Below the pieces are notes generated by a model. The model was not told the DNA's origin and made no database searches. It saw only the letters and a program-made list of their open reading frames with translations. From NCBI GenBank assembly GCA_964470105.1, contig CAYXZI010000002.1:8644-72643 (forward strand): a stretch of DNA of 64,000 nucleotides. Direction: 5' to 3'. A program made the position numbers and the translations under genes. The DNA is from an uncultured Candidatus Saccharibacteria bacterium. GTDB taxonomy: Bacteria > Patescibacteriota > Minisyncoccia > Phycocordibacterales > PALSA-1337. Positions 47,147 to 55,671 of the stretch are shown in pieces. Position 1 is the stretch's first letter. The number at the start of each line of letters is the position of its first letter.

Positions 47147-47703
47147 ATATTTGGAATTATAGATATCTTAATTGAATATGAAATATTCTTGCTCTTCGCT
47201 AGATCCGAAACTGGTAATTCAACATTAGAAATCATAGGGTCAGTCTCAAGCATATCCTTAAACTGAATTAGTGATTCACGAGTTGTGGATTTTCCCTGTA
47301 TTACCACAGATACAGTTGTAGTTGCTGCATTATCCATATTTGTAATAGCAAATGATGATACATTGATACCCGAGTTTTTATATCCAATTATTTTAGAAAT
47401 TAATTTTGAATATGCAGGAGTTTCCTTGTGAGACTTTATCTGCTTCATTAAATCGTTACTAACTGACAACTCTTTTAGAACATCATTAAAGCCACTTGTC
47501 TGTCTACCGTTTTGTAGCTCAGCTAATCTAGCAAGTGATATCTTTTCTTGTGAATATGAGAAATAGTATGCAGGTATTAGAGCGATAACGCCAGTTAAGA
47601 TTGAACAAGAGACAAAGAAAAGCATAAAAATTACTAACCTAATTCTATACTCTTTTTTAAGAGATCTAATTTCTTTTTCTGGTAATAGAGTGTAATGAAT
47701 CAT
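47143..47703 (-). CDS. PilN-like type IV pilus alignment protein
   Basis: N-terminal TLLP (NLLP-like), TM, IQGKSTTRESLIQF..L..ISNVELP. Confidence 0.7.
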   Translation of the reverse strand: MIHYTLLPEKEIRSLKKEYRIRLVIFMLFFVSCSILTGVIALIPAYYFSYSQEKISLARLAELQNGRQTSGFNDVLKELSVSNDLMKQIKSHKETPAYSKLISKIIGYKNSGINVSSFAITNMDNAATTTVSVVIQGKSTTRESLIQFKDMLETDPMISNVELPVSDLAKSKNISYSIKISIIPNI

Positions 47704-47712
47704 ATTGATATA

Positions 47713-48675
47713 TTATGGTAAGGCTAAACCAGCTGCAGTAGCGTAGTCTAGAGAATCTTCAAAAGAAATCTTCGGAATATAGTGGTTAACAGAGAAAGCA
47801 TTTCGCCAAACATCTGCTATTGATAAATTTATATTACTATCTGGTGATATATGTGATATCTGACTTATCGTAACAGCATCTCGCCCCGAAACTATAATTG
47901 ATTTTATATTTCTACCTTCGCCATACTGTTGCCAGTATGCATGAACCTTTTCAATTTCTTTCTTTAGGTTAAAAATTACATCTGGTATATCAGCCAAATT
48001 CTTTCCTCTCACAAGCTCACCTCCCCATGGAATTGTTGATGTAAAACAAATAACACCAGCCGAAACTATGTATAGTCCTGTCTTTTTATTCATCACATGG
48101 ATTATCATCACTGTATCTTTTGATTCGTGTGACACCACAGCTCTAGCTATAGCCTTTGCCTGAATTTCAAAAGATATAGTTGTTAATCCTGATTCTTTTA
48201 GAACATTTAGATAACTATTTACCAAATCTCTTGGGCTGACTGAAACACTGGCATGCAATTTACCACTACCCTCTATCTCTGGTAACTTATCAAAAAAGAA
48301 TACTGCATCTGAAGCCGGTAGAGGAACATTCTCCTCAAGTTTAAATTCTATATTTTGTCTTATCTGATCCTCATCTACACCCAGAACTTCAGTCTTAAAC
48401 AAATACATTCTCTCTTCTGGAAGAGAGGCTTTGACTATACTAATCTTTAGTTCCTTTGCTAAAGCCGATATTTCTTGTACTAGAGCTTTCTCATCTTTTA
48501 TATATCCAGAATCAATAATTCCTGGTCTAAGTGGTCTAGTACCATATTTAGATAGAGTATACCCATGATGCCCTTCTGAATATTCTATACATCTGATTGC
48601 ATCATCAGAAATATCTAATCCGGTATATGGGATATTTAAATATTTTGGTGGGGGAAATATTTTAAAGAAATTCAC
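47713..48675 (-). CDS. pilM: PilM-like actin-fold pilus assembly protein
   Basis: GLDISDDAIR, LEENVPLP, IIVSG, YATAAGLAL. Confidence 0.75.
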   Translation of the reverse strand: MNFFKIFPPPKYLNIPYTGLDISDDAIRCIEYSEGHHGYTLSKYGTRPLRPGIIDSGYIKDEKALVQEISALAKELKISIVKASLPEERMYLFKTEVLGVDEDQIRQNIEFKLEENVPLPASDAVFFFDKLPEIEGSGKLHASVSVSPRDLVNSYLNVLKESGLTTISFEIQAKAIARAVVSHESKDTVMIIHVMNKKTGLYIVSAGVICFTSTIPWGGELVRGKNLADIPDVIFNLKKEIEKVHAYWQQYGEGRNIKSIIVSGRDAVTISQISHISPDSNINLSIADVWRNAFSVNHYIPKISFEDSLDYATAAGLALP

Positions 48676-48682
48676 TCTTTAA

Positions 48683-49288
48683 TTATACCACCTTTTGTTT
48701 TTGTTTAAAGAATTCATACACAGCAGGGATAAATGAGATGACTATAATTACTATAATTATAAGTGAGAGGTACTTTTCTGCATTAGGAATTATATTACCT
48801 AGTATATATCCTGTACCCAGCATCCCCCATGTCCAAACAAAACCTCCGATAATATTGAACCTGAAGAAAGTCTTATACTCCATGCCCGCTACTCCAGCAA
48901 CTATTGGCACAAAAGTTCTTATAATTGGTATGAATCTAGCGAGAAATATAGTTTTTTTACCATATTTATTATAAAAATCTTGAGCTCTATTTATATGTTT
49001 TTTATGAAAGAAGAGTGAGTCTTCTTTATTGAAAATCATTGGACCCACCTTCTTACCAAAGAAATATCCAACATTATCACCAATTACGGCAGCAATGAAA
49101 CAGAGTATGAGAAGCCAGGTAATAGATATCAAACCTTGTGAGGCCAGGAAGCCTGCTGTAAAAAGAAGTGAATCACCAGGTAGAAAAAAACCGAAGAAGA
49201 GTCCAGATTCAGCAAACACTATTGCAACCACACCAATCAAACCAAGTGTTTTAATTATAATCAATGGATCAAGTAGTGTATGCAACAT
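48683..49288 (-). CDS. dedA: DedA family membrane protein
   Basis: FAESGLFFGFFLPGDSLLF, GDNVGY, ARFIPIIRTF. Confidence 0.93.
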   Translation of the reverse strand: MLHTLLDPLIIIKTLGLIGVVAIVFAESGLFFGFFLPGDSLLFTAGFLASQGLISITWLLILCFIAAVIGDNVGYFFGKKVGPMIFNKEDSLFFHKKHINRAQDFYNKYGKKTIFLARFIPIIRTFVPIVAGVAGMEYKTFFRFNIIGGFVWTWGMLGTGYILGNIIPNAEKYLSLIIIVIIVISFIPAVYEFFKQKQKVV

Positions 49289-49665
49289 TATTTTGCTTTA
49301 GTACCAACTGGAATACTTGAGTTTGGTTCTAATAGTGAGAAATTACCTTCATTTGTAGATAGAGCGAATAGCATACCATTACTTTCATGTCCTTTTATCA
49401 TCCTTGGTTCAAGATTTGTTACAAACATACACACCTTCCCTATCAATGTACTTGGTTCTGGAAAGTACATTGATATACCAGATACAATCTGTCTTGGTTT
49501 ATCTTCTCCAAAATCAACTGATAACTTTAGTAACTTATCTGTATCAGGAATCTTTTCGGCTGAAAGTATTTTGCCTGCTTTTATCTCAACCTTGGCAAAA
49601 TCATCATATGAGATCTTGGGATTTACACTAGGTACTGGCACGACTGGTTGTTGATTTTCATTCAT
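49288..49665 (-). CDS. Stand-alone tRNA-binding OB-fold protein (MetRS C-terminal domain/Trbp111-like)
   Basis: ISYDDFAKVEIKAG, DKLLKLSVDFG, RQIVSGI, NLEPRMIKGHESNGM. Confidence 0.88.
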   Translation of the reverse strand: MNENQQPVVPVPSVNPKISYDDFAKVEIKAGKILSAEKIPDTDKLLKLSVDFGEDKPRQIVSGISMYFPEPSTLIGKVCMFVTNLEPRMIKGHESNGMLFALSTNEGNFSLLEPNSSIPVGTKAK

Positions 49666-49674
49666 AATTTTATA

Positions 49675-50061
49675 TTACCTCTTTGAATTAGCTTTATCAA
49701 GAAAACTTTGTAGTATTAAAGCTGCTGCTGAAGCATCGAGCATATCATTCTTCCCCTGAAATCTTTCTGCATTCACACTAGTCATAAACTCTGGTTCAAA
49801 GTGAACATTGTATCCCTGAGCCTCCAAATCCATCTTAAAATTCTTACTTTCTGGAAGAATCGTATTTGCTTCTCCCTTATAGTTTTTTGATTCACCTAAA
49901 ACTATTTCTGATATACCCTTATCTTTTAGTATTTTTACAACATCATTTAATATATTTTTTGAATTATTTAATACAATCAAAGGCATAGCGAACTCAGCAT
50001 TCTCATCAGAAAGTGCTAGACCTACCCTCTTTGATCCGTAGTCAATTCCAAGATATCTCAT
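49675..50061 (-). CDS. ruvX: RuvX/YqgF family nuclease
   Basis: YLGIDYGSKRVGLALSD, EFMTS, DASAAALILQSFLD. Confidence 0.9.
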   Translation of the reverse strand: MRYLGIDYGSKRVGLALSDENAEFAMPLIVLNNSKNILNDVVKILKDKGISEIVLGESKNYKGEANTILPESKNFKMDLEAQGYNVHFEPEFMTSVNAERFQGKNDMLDASAAALILQSFLDKANSKR

Positions 50062-50106
50062 AGGACATGATTGTAGCTTAAATACATAAATGTTAAAATA
50101 GGATGT

Positions 50107-51126
50107 ATGATTGAGCTGTCTAAATACAAAGATACAGATAGAGTTATTTTCCCCTTAAATAAACAGAGGGAGTTTTTTATAGATGTTAAAAATAGGACCG
50201 GGGTCAGTTGGGTAGATTTTTCCAAGATGTTGAATATACAACCACGGATACTTTTGAATTATAGAAATGAAAAATACTCTATAACATTTAAGATACTGAG
50301 AATGATCATTAACAATCTAAAAGTAAAATTACCGAAAGGAATACGCATTGAGGATCAATTTTGGCATAACAAAACCGCAGGAAAACTAGGTGGCGAAGCA
50401 GTTATGAGGAAATATGGAAAAGTTGGTGGTAGTGAAAAGTATAGAAAAGAACAGTGGAAAAAATGGTGGGAACTAAATGGTAAAAGGAATCCGAGTCTCA
50501 TAACTACAAGGAGGAAAGTGAAATTACCACCATATTCATCCTCTCTTGCAGAACTATTTGGGATCTTGATTGGAGATGGGGGTATCACTAAATACCAGAT
50601 GATAATTACATTGAATGGAGAGACGGATAAAGATTATTCTAAATTTATTATACTTTTATTAAAAAAGTTATTTAATGAGAATCCTAAAATATATAAAATT
50701 AAGGATACCAAAGCTATTAGTGTAGTTATTTCAAGAAGTAGCCTGGTAGATTTTTTAGTAAAAAATGGTTTAAAAATTGGCCACAAGATAAATCAGAATG
50801 TATCGATACCAGAATGGATCATGGAATCAAAAAAATATAGAATATCATGTCTACGTGGCCTAGTTGATACTGATGGGTGTGTAGTTCATGAGACACACAA
50901 TATTCGAAATAAAACATACATGTATCCTCGCCTAAATTTCACAAGCGCTTCACCTAATTTAGTTCAACAGGTTATCTCTATATTTTCAGATCTAGGCTTT
51001 AAAACAAAACTCCGAAGAGGTGGCAGATCAGTACAACTTGAAAATCTAAGAGAAATATGCCAATATTTCAACATTGTTGGTTCCAGCAATCCTAAGCACT
51101 TAAGAAGGATTGATAGATGGTACTAA
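50107..51126 (+). CDS. Free-standing double-motif LAGLIDADG endonuclease with N-terminal HTH
   Basis: LAELFGILIGDGG and CLRGLVDTDGC motifs; ends 9 bp before tRNA-Ser. Confidence 0.85.
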   Translation: MIELSKYKDTDRVIFPLNKQREFFIDVKNRTGVSWVDFSKMLNIQPRILLNYRNEKYSITFKILRMIINNLKVKLPKGIRIEDQFWHNKTAGKLGGEAVMRKYGKVGGSEKYRKEQWKKWWELNGKRNPSLITTRRKVKLPPYSSSLAELFGILIGDGGITKYQMIITLNGETDKDYSKFIILLLKKLFNENPKIYKIKDTKAISVVISRSSLVDFLVKNGLKIGHKINQNVSIPEWIMESKKYRISCLRGLVDTDGCVVHETHNIRNKTYMYPRLNFTSASPNLVQQVISIFSDLGFKTKLRRGGRSVQLENLREICQYFNIVGSSNPKHLRRIDRWY

Positions 51127-51135
51127 TAGAATGAT

Positions 51136-51223
51136 GGAAGCGTGGCTCGAGTGGTTGAAGGCACCGCTCTTGAAAAGCGGAACCCGGGCAACTGGGTCGT
51201 GAGTTCGAATCTCACCGCTTCCG
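51136..51223 (+). tRNA. tRNA-Ser(TGA)
   Basis: GGAAGCG/CGCTTCC stem, loop CTTGAAA, long variable arm, AGTTCGAATCT. Confidence 0.95.
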
Positions 51224-51235
51224 CAGAAAATAAAC

Positions 51236-51514
51236 ATGGAAAAAATATCAAGAACAGGTTTGTTTTTATCAGGCGCATATATCATTGTACTTATCTTTTT
51301 GGGTCTTTGGTATTTAACTTGTAAGGCTGATTCTTGCGCTATAGGTATAGGAATTTCACTTGTCTTATTAAGTTTTCCATTTGGATTTTTACTAAAATCA
51401 TTGTTTTTAGGTTATGTAGTAAATACTTCACTCCTATATTTTTTAGGTAAATTATTAGGAAAAATTCATACTCGCTTTCTTGTTAATTCAAATTCTTTTA
51501 AACTAACAAAATAG
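51236..51514 (+). CDS. Small membrane protein
   Basis: Three hydrophobic segments. Confidence 0.5.
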   Translation: MEKISRTGLFLSGAYIIVLIFLGLWYLTCKADSCAIGIGISLVLLSFPFGFLLKSLFLGYVVNTSLLYFLGKLLGKIHTRFLVNSNSFKLTK

Positions 51515-51600
51515 ATTCGCTATAATAAGGAATTGAAAAGTATTGTTTCCTATCTACCAATAAACTGATTCCAACAGCGTACCAAACTGCCAGCAAAAAT

Positions 51601-52302
51601 TTATTTATTTAATATTTGCCTAGTAACTGGTCCAAAATACCCTACTGCTGGCACTATTCCATTTGCCTCTTGATATTCAGCGAGAGCTTTTCTTGTGAGT
51701 TGTCCGAAGAAACCCTTAGCAGTGCCTTGAGGTATTTTGAGATATCCTAAAGATTCCAGTTTGGTTTGAAGTTCAATAACATCTTCTCCTGAATAACCGA
51801 CTGTTAGATTTCTATTAAACTTAAAAGTTACTGGTGTAGGAGTAACTACTGTCGTTTCTATTGGATCATATCCTTTTCCTAACTCTTTTAAGATTTTCTT
51901 ATCAACAGTACTAATATCTGAAAAACCCACATTAAAAATATTTCCCATACCAGTTCCATAAACAATGATATCCTTACCATTAATCTTCTCACCGAAAACT
52001 GGTCCACACGAAAACCCTGGAATGTTGCTGCTTTTAATTGTTATATTCTTTCCCACATTCCCTTTCCAATATGTTTTTATATTTAACTTTGCAGTGTTAT
52101 CTATAGCCAGGTCACCGTTACTATTAGTTGAAGTTGCGGATATAAATTCTACTACTGTTCCCCTAGCGACAATAGTTGAGGAAGCAAACGATTCTTCTGG
52201 CGTTCTAATTATTGGAGAACAAGCATTTACAAATTGAGTTTCTAGGATAAACATTTGAACCAGAACTATTAACAATATACTTACTAAAATTAGTTTTTTC
52301 AT
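51601..52302 (-). CDS. Secreted TIMP/NTR-like domain protein with C-terminal peptidoglycan-binding domain
   Basis: Signal peptide ending VNA-CS; ESFASSTIVARGTVV, YWKG, SCG; C-term RNLTVGYSGEDVIELQ...GYFGPVTR. Confidence 0.65.
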   Translation of the reverse strand: MKKLILVSILLIVLVQMFILETQFVNACSPIIRTPEESFASSTIVARGTVVEFISATSTNSNGDLAIDNTAKLNIKTYWKGNVGKNITIKSSNIPGFSCGPVFGEKINGKDIIVYGTGMGNIFNVGFSDISTVDKKILKELGKGYDPIETTVVTPTPVTFKFNRNLTVGYSGEDVIELQTKLESLGYLKIPQGTAKGFFGQLTRKALAEYQEANGIVPAVGYFGPVTRQILNK

Positions 52303-52429
52303 ATTTCTATTTAACCACAAATATTAAGATTATGGAATACAGATAGATTTACCTTATTCTCTGTCTAATCAACAGTCCTAAAAGGACCTAACCAATCCTG
52401 CAGATTAATTTTAATGTTATAATTTCTTC

Positions 52430-52960
52430 ATGAGAGTTATCATTGGTTCTATAAGTCCCGTAAAAGAAGAGGCTGTAAAACGAGGATTTAAAACCCTGTT
52501 TCCTGAGGTTAATTTTGTATTTGAATGCGTTAAAGCTAGCTCGGGAATTAGCGATCAGCCGATGTCGAATGATGAGATAAGAAGTGGTGCACTTGGTAGG
52601 ATTAAACACGCAAGAGAACTTTCACCGGAGGGAGATTTTTATGTTGGACTTGAAGGAGGGACTGAGGAAATGTACGGGGATTTGTATAATTATGGTTGGG
52701 TTATTATTGAATCTAAAAATAATAAACAAGGGTATGGAAGAACATTCAGCTTTGCTCTTCCTCCTGCTATAAGAAATTTAATCATTCACGAAGGAATGGA
52801 GCAGAGTCATGCAACTGATAAGGTTCTGCAGAAGTCAGGGACCAAAACAGGTACAGGCACTATTGGTCCCCTTACAAATGACACACTTACATACACTGAT
52901 TGGTATACCCCAGCTGTCATTGGAGCATTAGTTCCTTTCTTGAAAGAAGATTTATACTAG
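52430..52960 (+). CDS. yjjX: Non-canonical purine NTP phosphatase (ITPase/XTPase, YjjX family)
   Basis: IGSISPVKEEAV, SGISDQPM, GALGR, VGLEGG, GTIGPLT. Confidence 0.85.
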   Translation: MRVIIGSISPVKEEAVKRGFKTLFPEVNFVFECVKASSGISDQPMSNDEIRSGALGRIKHARELSPEGDFYVGLEGGTEEMYGDLYNYGWVIIESKNNKQGYGRTFSFALPPAIRNLIIHEGMEQSHATDKVLQKSGTKTGTGTIGPLTNDTLTYTDWYTPAVIGALVPFLKEDLY

Positions 52961-52984
52961 ATAAAGTTTAGAATTAAACAAGAT

Positions 52985-53503
52985 ATGGAAGAACTTGAAT
53001 TAACATACCTAGTAAAAAAGTTACCTGAGGGCGCTCTATCATCGCCATCAAAGGAGCTAATTGATATTTATATACCAACCGAATCAAATCATCCTGTATT
53101 ACGTATTAGAAAAGCAGGCAATAAATATGAAATTACAAAAAAGCAACCTATTAAAAATGGAGACGCTTCTCGACAACTTGAAACTACAATTCCACTAACG
53201 GAAGCCGAATTCAGAGAATTAAGTACTCTTAAAGGAAAACGGGTAAATAAAACACGCTTTTATTACAAAGAAAATGAGGTGACATATGAAATTGATGTAT
53301 TCCGTGGTGCTCTTTCTGGTCTAATCCTAGCTGACGTAGAGTTTAACTCAATTAAAGAGAAGTCAGATTTTGTAATGCCTTCATGGTGTTTGATTGATGT
53401 GACCCAAGAAGAGTTTATTGCGGGAGGTATGATTTGCGGAAAATCGTATAGTGATATTTCTGATAATCTTAAGAAATTTAAATATAAACAGATAATAGTC
53501 TAG
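52985..53503 (+). CDS. CYTH (triphosphate tunnel) domain protein
   Basis: ELELTYL, LRIRK, KTR, EIDVF, DVEF, DVT. Confidence 0.8.
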   Translation: MEELELTYLVKKLPEGALSSPSKELIDIYIPTESNHPVLRIRKAGNKYEITKKQPIKNGDASRQLETTIPLTEAEFRELSTLKGKRVNKTRFYYKENEVTYEIDVFRGALSGLILADVEFNSIKEKSDFVMPSWCLIDVTQEEFIAGGMICGKSYSDISDNLKKFKYKQIIV

Positions 53504-53546
53504 TGGGACAAGCCTAGTGATTATTTTACATGCTATAATTAATAAC

Positions 53547-53981
53547 ATGTTAAAAGAAAAATATTTAATTTCATCTTTACGATTATCAATAGGTTTTATA
53601 TTTATTTGGGCATTTTTAGATAAAACATTTGGTTTAGGATTTGCTACAACATCAGCAAAAGCATGGATAAATGGTGGATCACCTACAACTGGCTTTCTAT
53701 CATTTGCCGTTAAAGGTCCTTTCGCTGATATATTTCATAGTCTAGCTGGAGTAGCACTTGTAGATTGGTTGTTTATGCTAGGATTACTATTTGTTGGTGT
53801 CACACTACTTACAAAGAAATTAGTGGAGTATGGATGTATGGCTGGTATATTGATGCTTTTACTCATGTACCTTGCCCTAGTTTTACCTGAGAATAATCCG
53901 ATAGTTGATGAGCATATCGTCTACATAATAGTTCTATTGCTAGTTGCAATAAAAAGTGAGGACAAAATAAATACTGTTTAG
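53547..53981 (+). CDS. DoxX/DoxD-like membrane protein
   Basis: LRLSIGFIFIWAFLDKTFGLG, WINGGSPT.GFL, NNPIVDEH. Confidence 0.8.
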   Translation: MLKEKYLISSLRLSIGFIFIWAFLDKTFGLGFATTSAKAWINGGSPTTGFLSFAVKGPFADIFHSLAGVALVDWLFMLGLLFVGVTLLTKKLVEYGCMAGILMLLLMYLALVLPENNPIVDEHIVYIIVLLLVAIKSEDKINTV

Positions 53982-54016
53982 TATTAACGTATTTCTACTA
54001 TGCTATAATAATATCC

Positions 54017-54475
54017 ATGAAACCGCTCATCTCATGGGATGCACCCGAACATGTTCACACAGAGAAAAATAATGACTGGTATTGGGCAATTGGTATTATA
54101 ACCATAACTATTGCTGCGCTATCAATTATATTTAATAATATTATTTTTGCTCTTTTTATTATAGTTGCTGCCTTTGCCCTAGTTGTTCATGCATCAAAAA
54201 AACCTAGAATGGTTCATTATGAAATTAATGATCGTGGGGTTGTTGTGAATGATACCCTCTACCCTTTTCTCACCCTGGATTCATTCTGGATTGAAGCCAA
54301 TGCAAATCCTGCAAAATTAATCATTAAGTCCCATAAAACTTTCATGCCTTTTCTTATGATATATATTGAGGAGGTTGATCCTGAGCAAGTTCGTGATATC
54401 TTGCTTAACTACATTTCTGAAACTGAGCACCATGAACCAATTTCACAGAAAATATTTGAAATGTTTGGTTTCTAA
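54017..54475 (+). CDS. Conserved two-TM protein with PH-like C-terminal domain
   Basis: WDAPEH..KNNDWYW, two TM helices, YEINDRG. Confidence 0.6.
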   Translation: MKPLISWDAPEHVHTEKNNDWYWAIGIITITIAALSIIFNNIIFALFIIVAAFALVVHASKKPRMVHYEINDRGVVVNDTLYPFLTLDSFWIEANANPAKLIIKSHKTFMPFLMIYIEEVDPEQVRDILLNYISETEHHEPISQKIFEMFGF

Positions 54476-54519
54476 AGAAAACATGTTAGTCTATTAATCA
54501 TCACATATATTGATGATAT

Positions 54520-54591
54520 GCCCTTGTCGTTCAATGGATAGGACACAACTTTGCGGAAGTTGTGATGTAGGTTCGATTCCTACCAGGGGCA
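54520..54591 (+). tRNA. tRNA-Arg(GCG)
   Basis: GCCCTTG/CAGGGGC stem, CAACT-TTGCGGA-AGTTG anticodon arm, GGTTCGATTCC. Confidence 0.92.
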
Positions 54592-54592
54592 C

Positions 54593-54712
54593 AAAAAAGT
54601 AAGCCCAGTATCCTTGCGGATCCTGAGCCCCCTGTGATCGGTATGGCTACCAATCGGTAGGCCACACAGCTGTGTCGTTCTCCCCAGAGAGTCCACTGCA
54701 TGCATGACTTGC
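54593..54712 (-). ncRNA. Putative structured small RNA C (unknown family, shares motifs with RNA A)
   Basis: Promoter TTGACA-N16-TATTAT (54744-54717); hairpins TCTC/GAGA, CTGTG..CTACC/GGTAG..CACAG; terminator GCTCAG-GATCC-GCAA-GGATA-CTGGGC plus T-run. Confidence 0.5.
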
Positions 54713-54761
54713 CGTGATAATACCAAACAAAAAAGACCTGTCAAGGTCTATTTGTTTTTAT

Positions 54762-55025
54762 TTATCCTAGCTTCTTTGCTGCTGCCATTATTCTAGACTT
54801 GTACCTAGCAGCTGTATTTTTCTTAATATACTTTCTTTTTGCTGCTTTATCTAGGGCTTTGTAAAGAGTTGGGATTAATTCTTTAGCCTCCTTTGCCTTT
54901 TTCTCAACTATTAATTTTCTAAACTTCTTTAGAGGAACGTCGATAGCAGCCTTAGTACGTAGGTTGAATACTCTTTTCTTCTCCCCTGCTCTTAATGCCT
55001 TTTTTGCTGATGAAGTAATTGCCAT
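54762..55025 (-). CDS. rpsT: 30S ribosomal protein S20
   Basis: MAITSSAKKALR...LDKAAKRKYIKKNTAARYKSR. Confidence 0.95.
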   Translation of the reverse strand: MAITSSAKKALRAGEKKRVFNLRTKAAIDVPLKKFRKLIVEKKAKEAKELIPTLYKALDKAAKRKYIKKNTAARYKSRIMAAAKKLG

Positions 55026-55091
55026 ATATGTTTGTACAACAAAACTAACATATACCTTTAAAAAATACAAGGTTCAGGCTATGATAGATGC

Positions 55092-55670
55092 ATGATATCG
55101 AGATTAACAGGCACAATTGCTCATATAGACCCTAAGTACGTAGTTTTAGACGTTAGTGGTGTTGGATACAAGATATATACCACTGTGGATATTATGATGA
55201 AATTAGGTAAGGAGAAGGAAGAAACTACCCTTTGGACATATCTAGCGGTTAGAGAGAATGCTCTGGACCTATATGGCTTTTCTTCAATCCAGGAGCTAAA
55301 CTTTTTTGAACTCTTGATTACAATATCTGGTATTGGCCCCAAAACAGCTCTGGGTATACTTAATTCTGCATCAGTGGAAGCACTACAAACTGCTGTACAG
55401 ACAGATGATACCTCTAGTTTAATTAAAGTATCAGGAATTGGTAAGAAGGTGGCTGAGAAAATAGTTATGGAACTGAAAGACAAAGTTGATAAGTTTACAC
55501 ACACAGAAGAAGCGAAGTCTTCTATGCGTGGTGATGCTGATGCACTTGAAGCACTCAAATCTCTTGGATACAGCCAGAATGAAGCAAGGGATGCATTGAA
55601 AGAATTACCTAAGGATATAACAAAGACAAATGAGAAAGTTCGAGAAGCACTTAAGATTTTAGGAAAATAG
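55092..55670 (+). CDS. ruvA: Holliday junction branch migration protein RuvA
   Basis: MISRLTG, GVGY, LYGF, ISGIGPKTAL, GIGKKVAEKI, ALKSLGY. Confidence 0.96.
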   Translation: MISRLTGTIAHIDPKYVVLDVSGVGYKIYTTVDIMMKLGKEKEETTLWTYLAVRENALDLYGFSSIQELNFFELLITISGIGPKTALGILNSASVEALQTAVQTDDTSSLIKVSGIGKKVAEKIVMELKDKVDKFTHTEEAKSSMRGDADALEALKSLGYSQNEARDALKELPKDITKTNEKVREALKILGK

Positions 55671-55671
55671 T

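Noticed and set aside
45846-51223. Integrated prophage or island bounded by tRNAs
   Set aside because: The genes between are housekeeping (pilMNO, dedA, ruvX); no integrase or duplicated tRNA 3' end seen
54581-54706. 41-codon ORF within RNA C
   Set aside because: It runs through the terminator into the antisense tRNA and has no recognisable protein features; a peptide cannot be fully excluded
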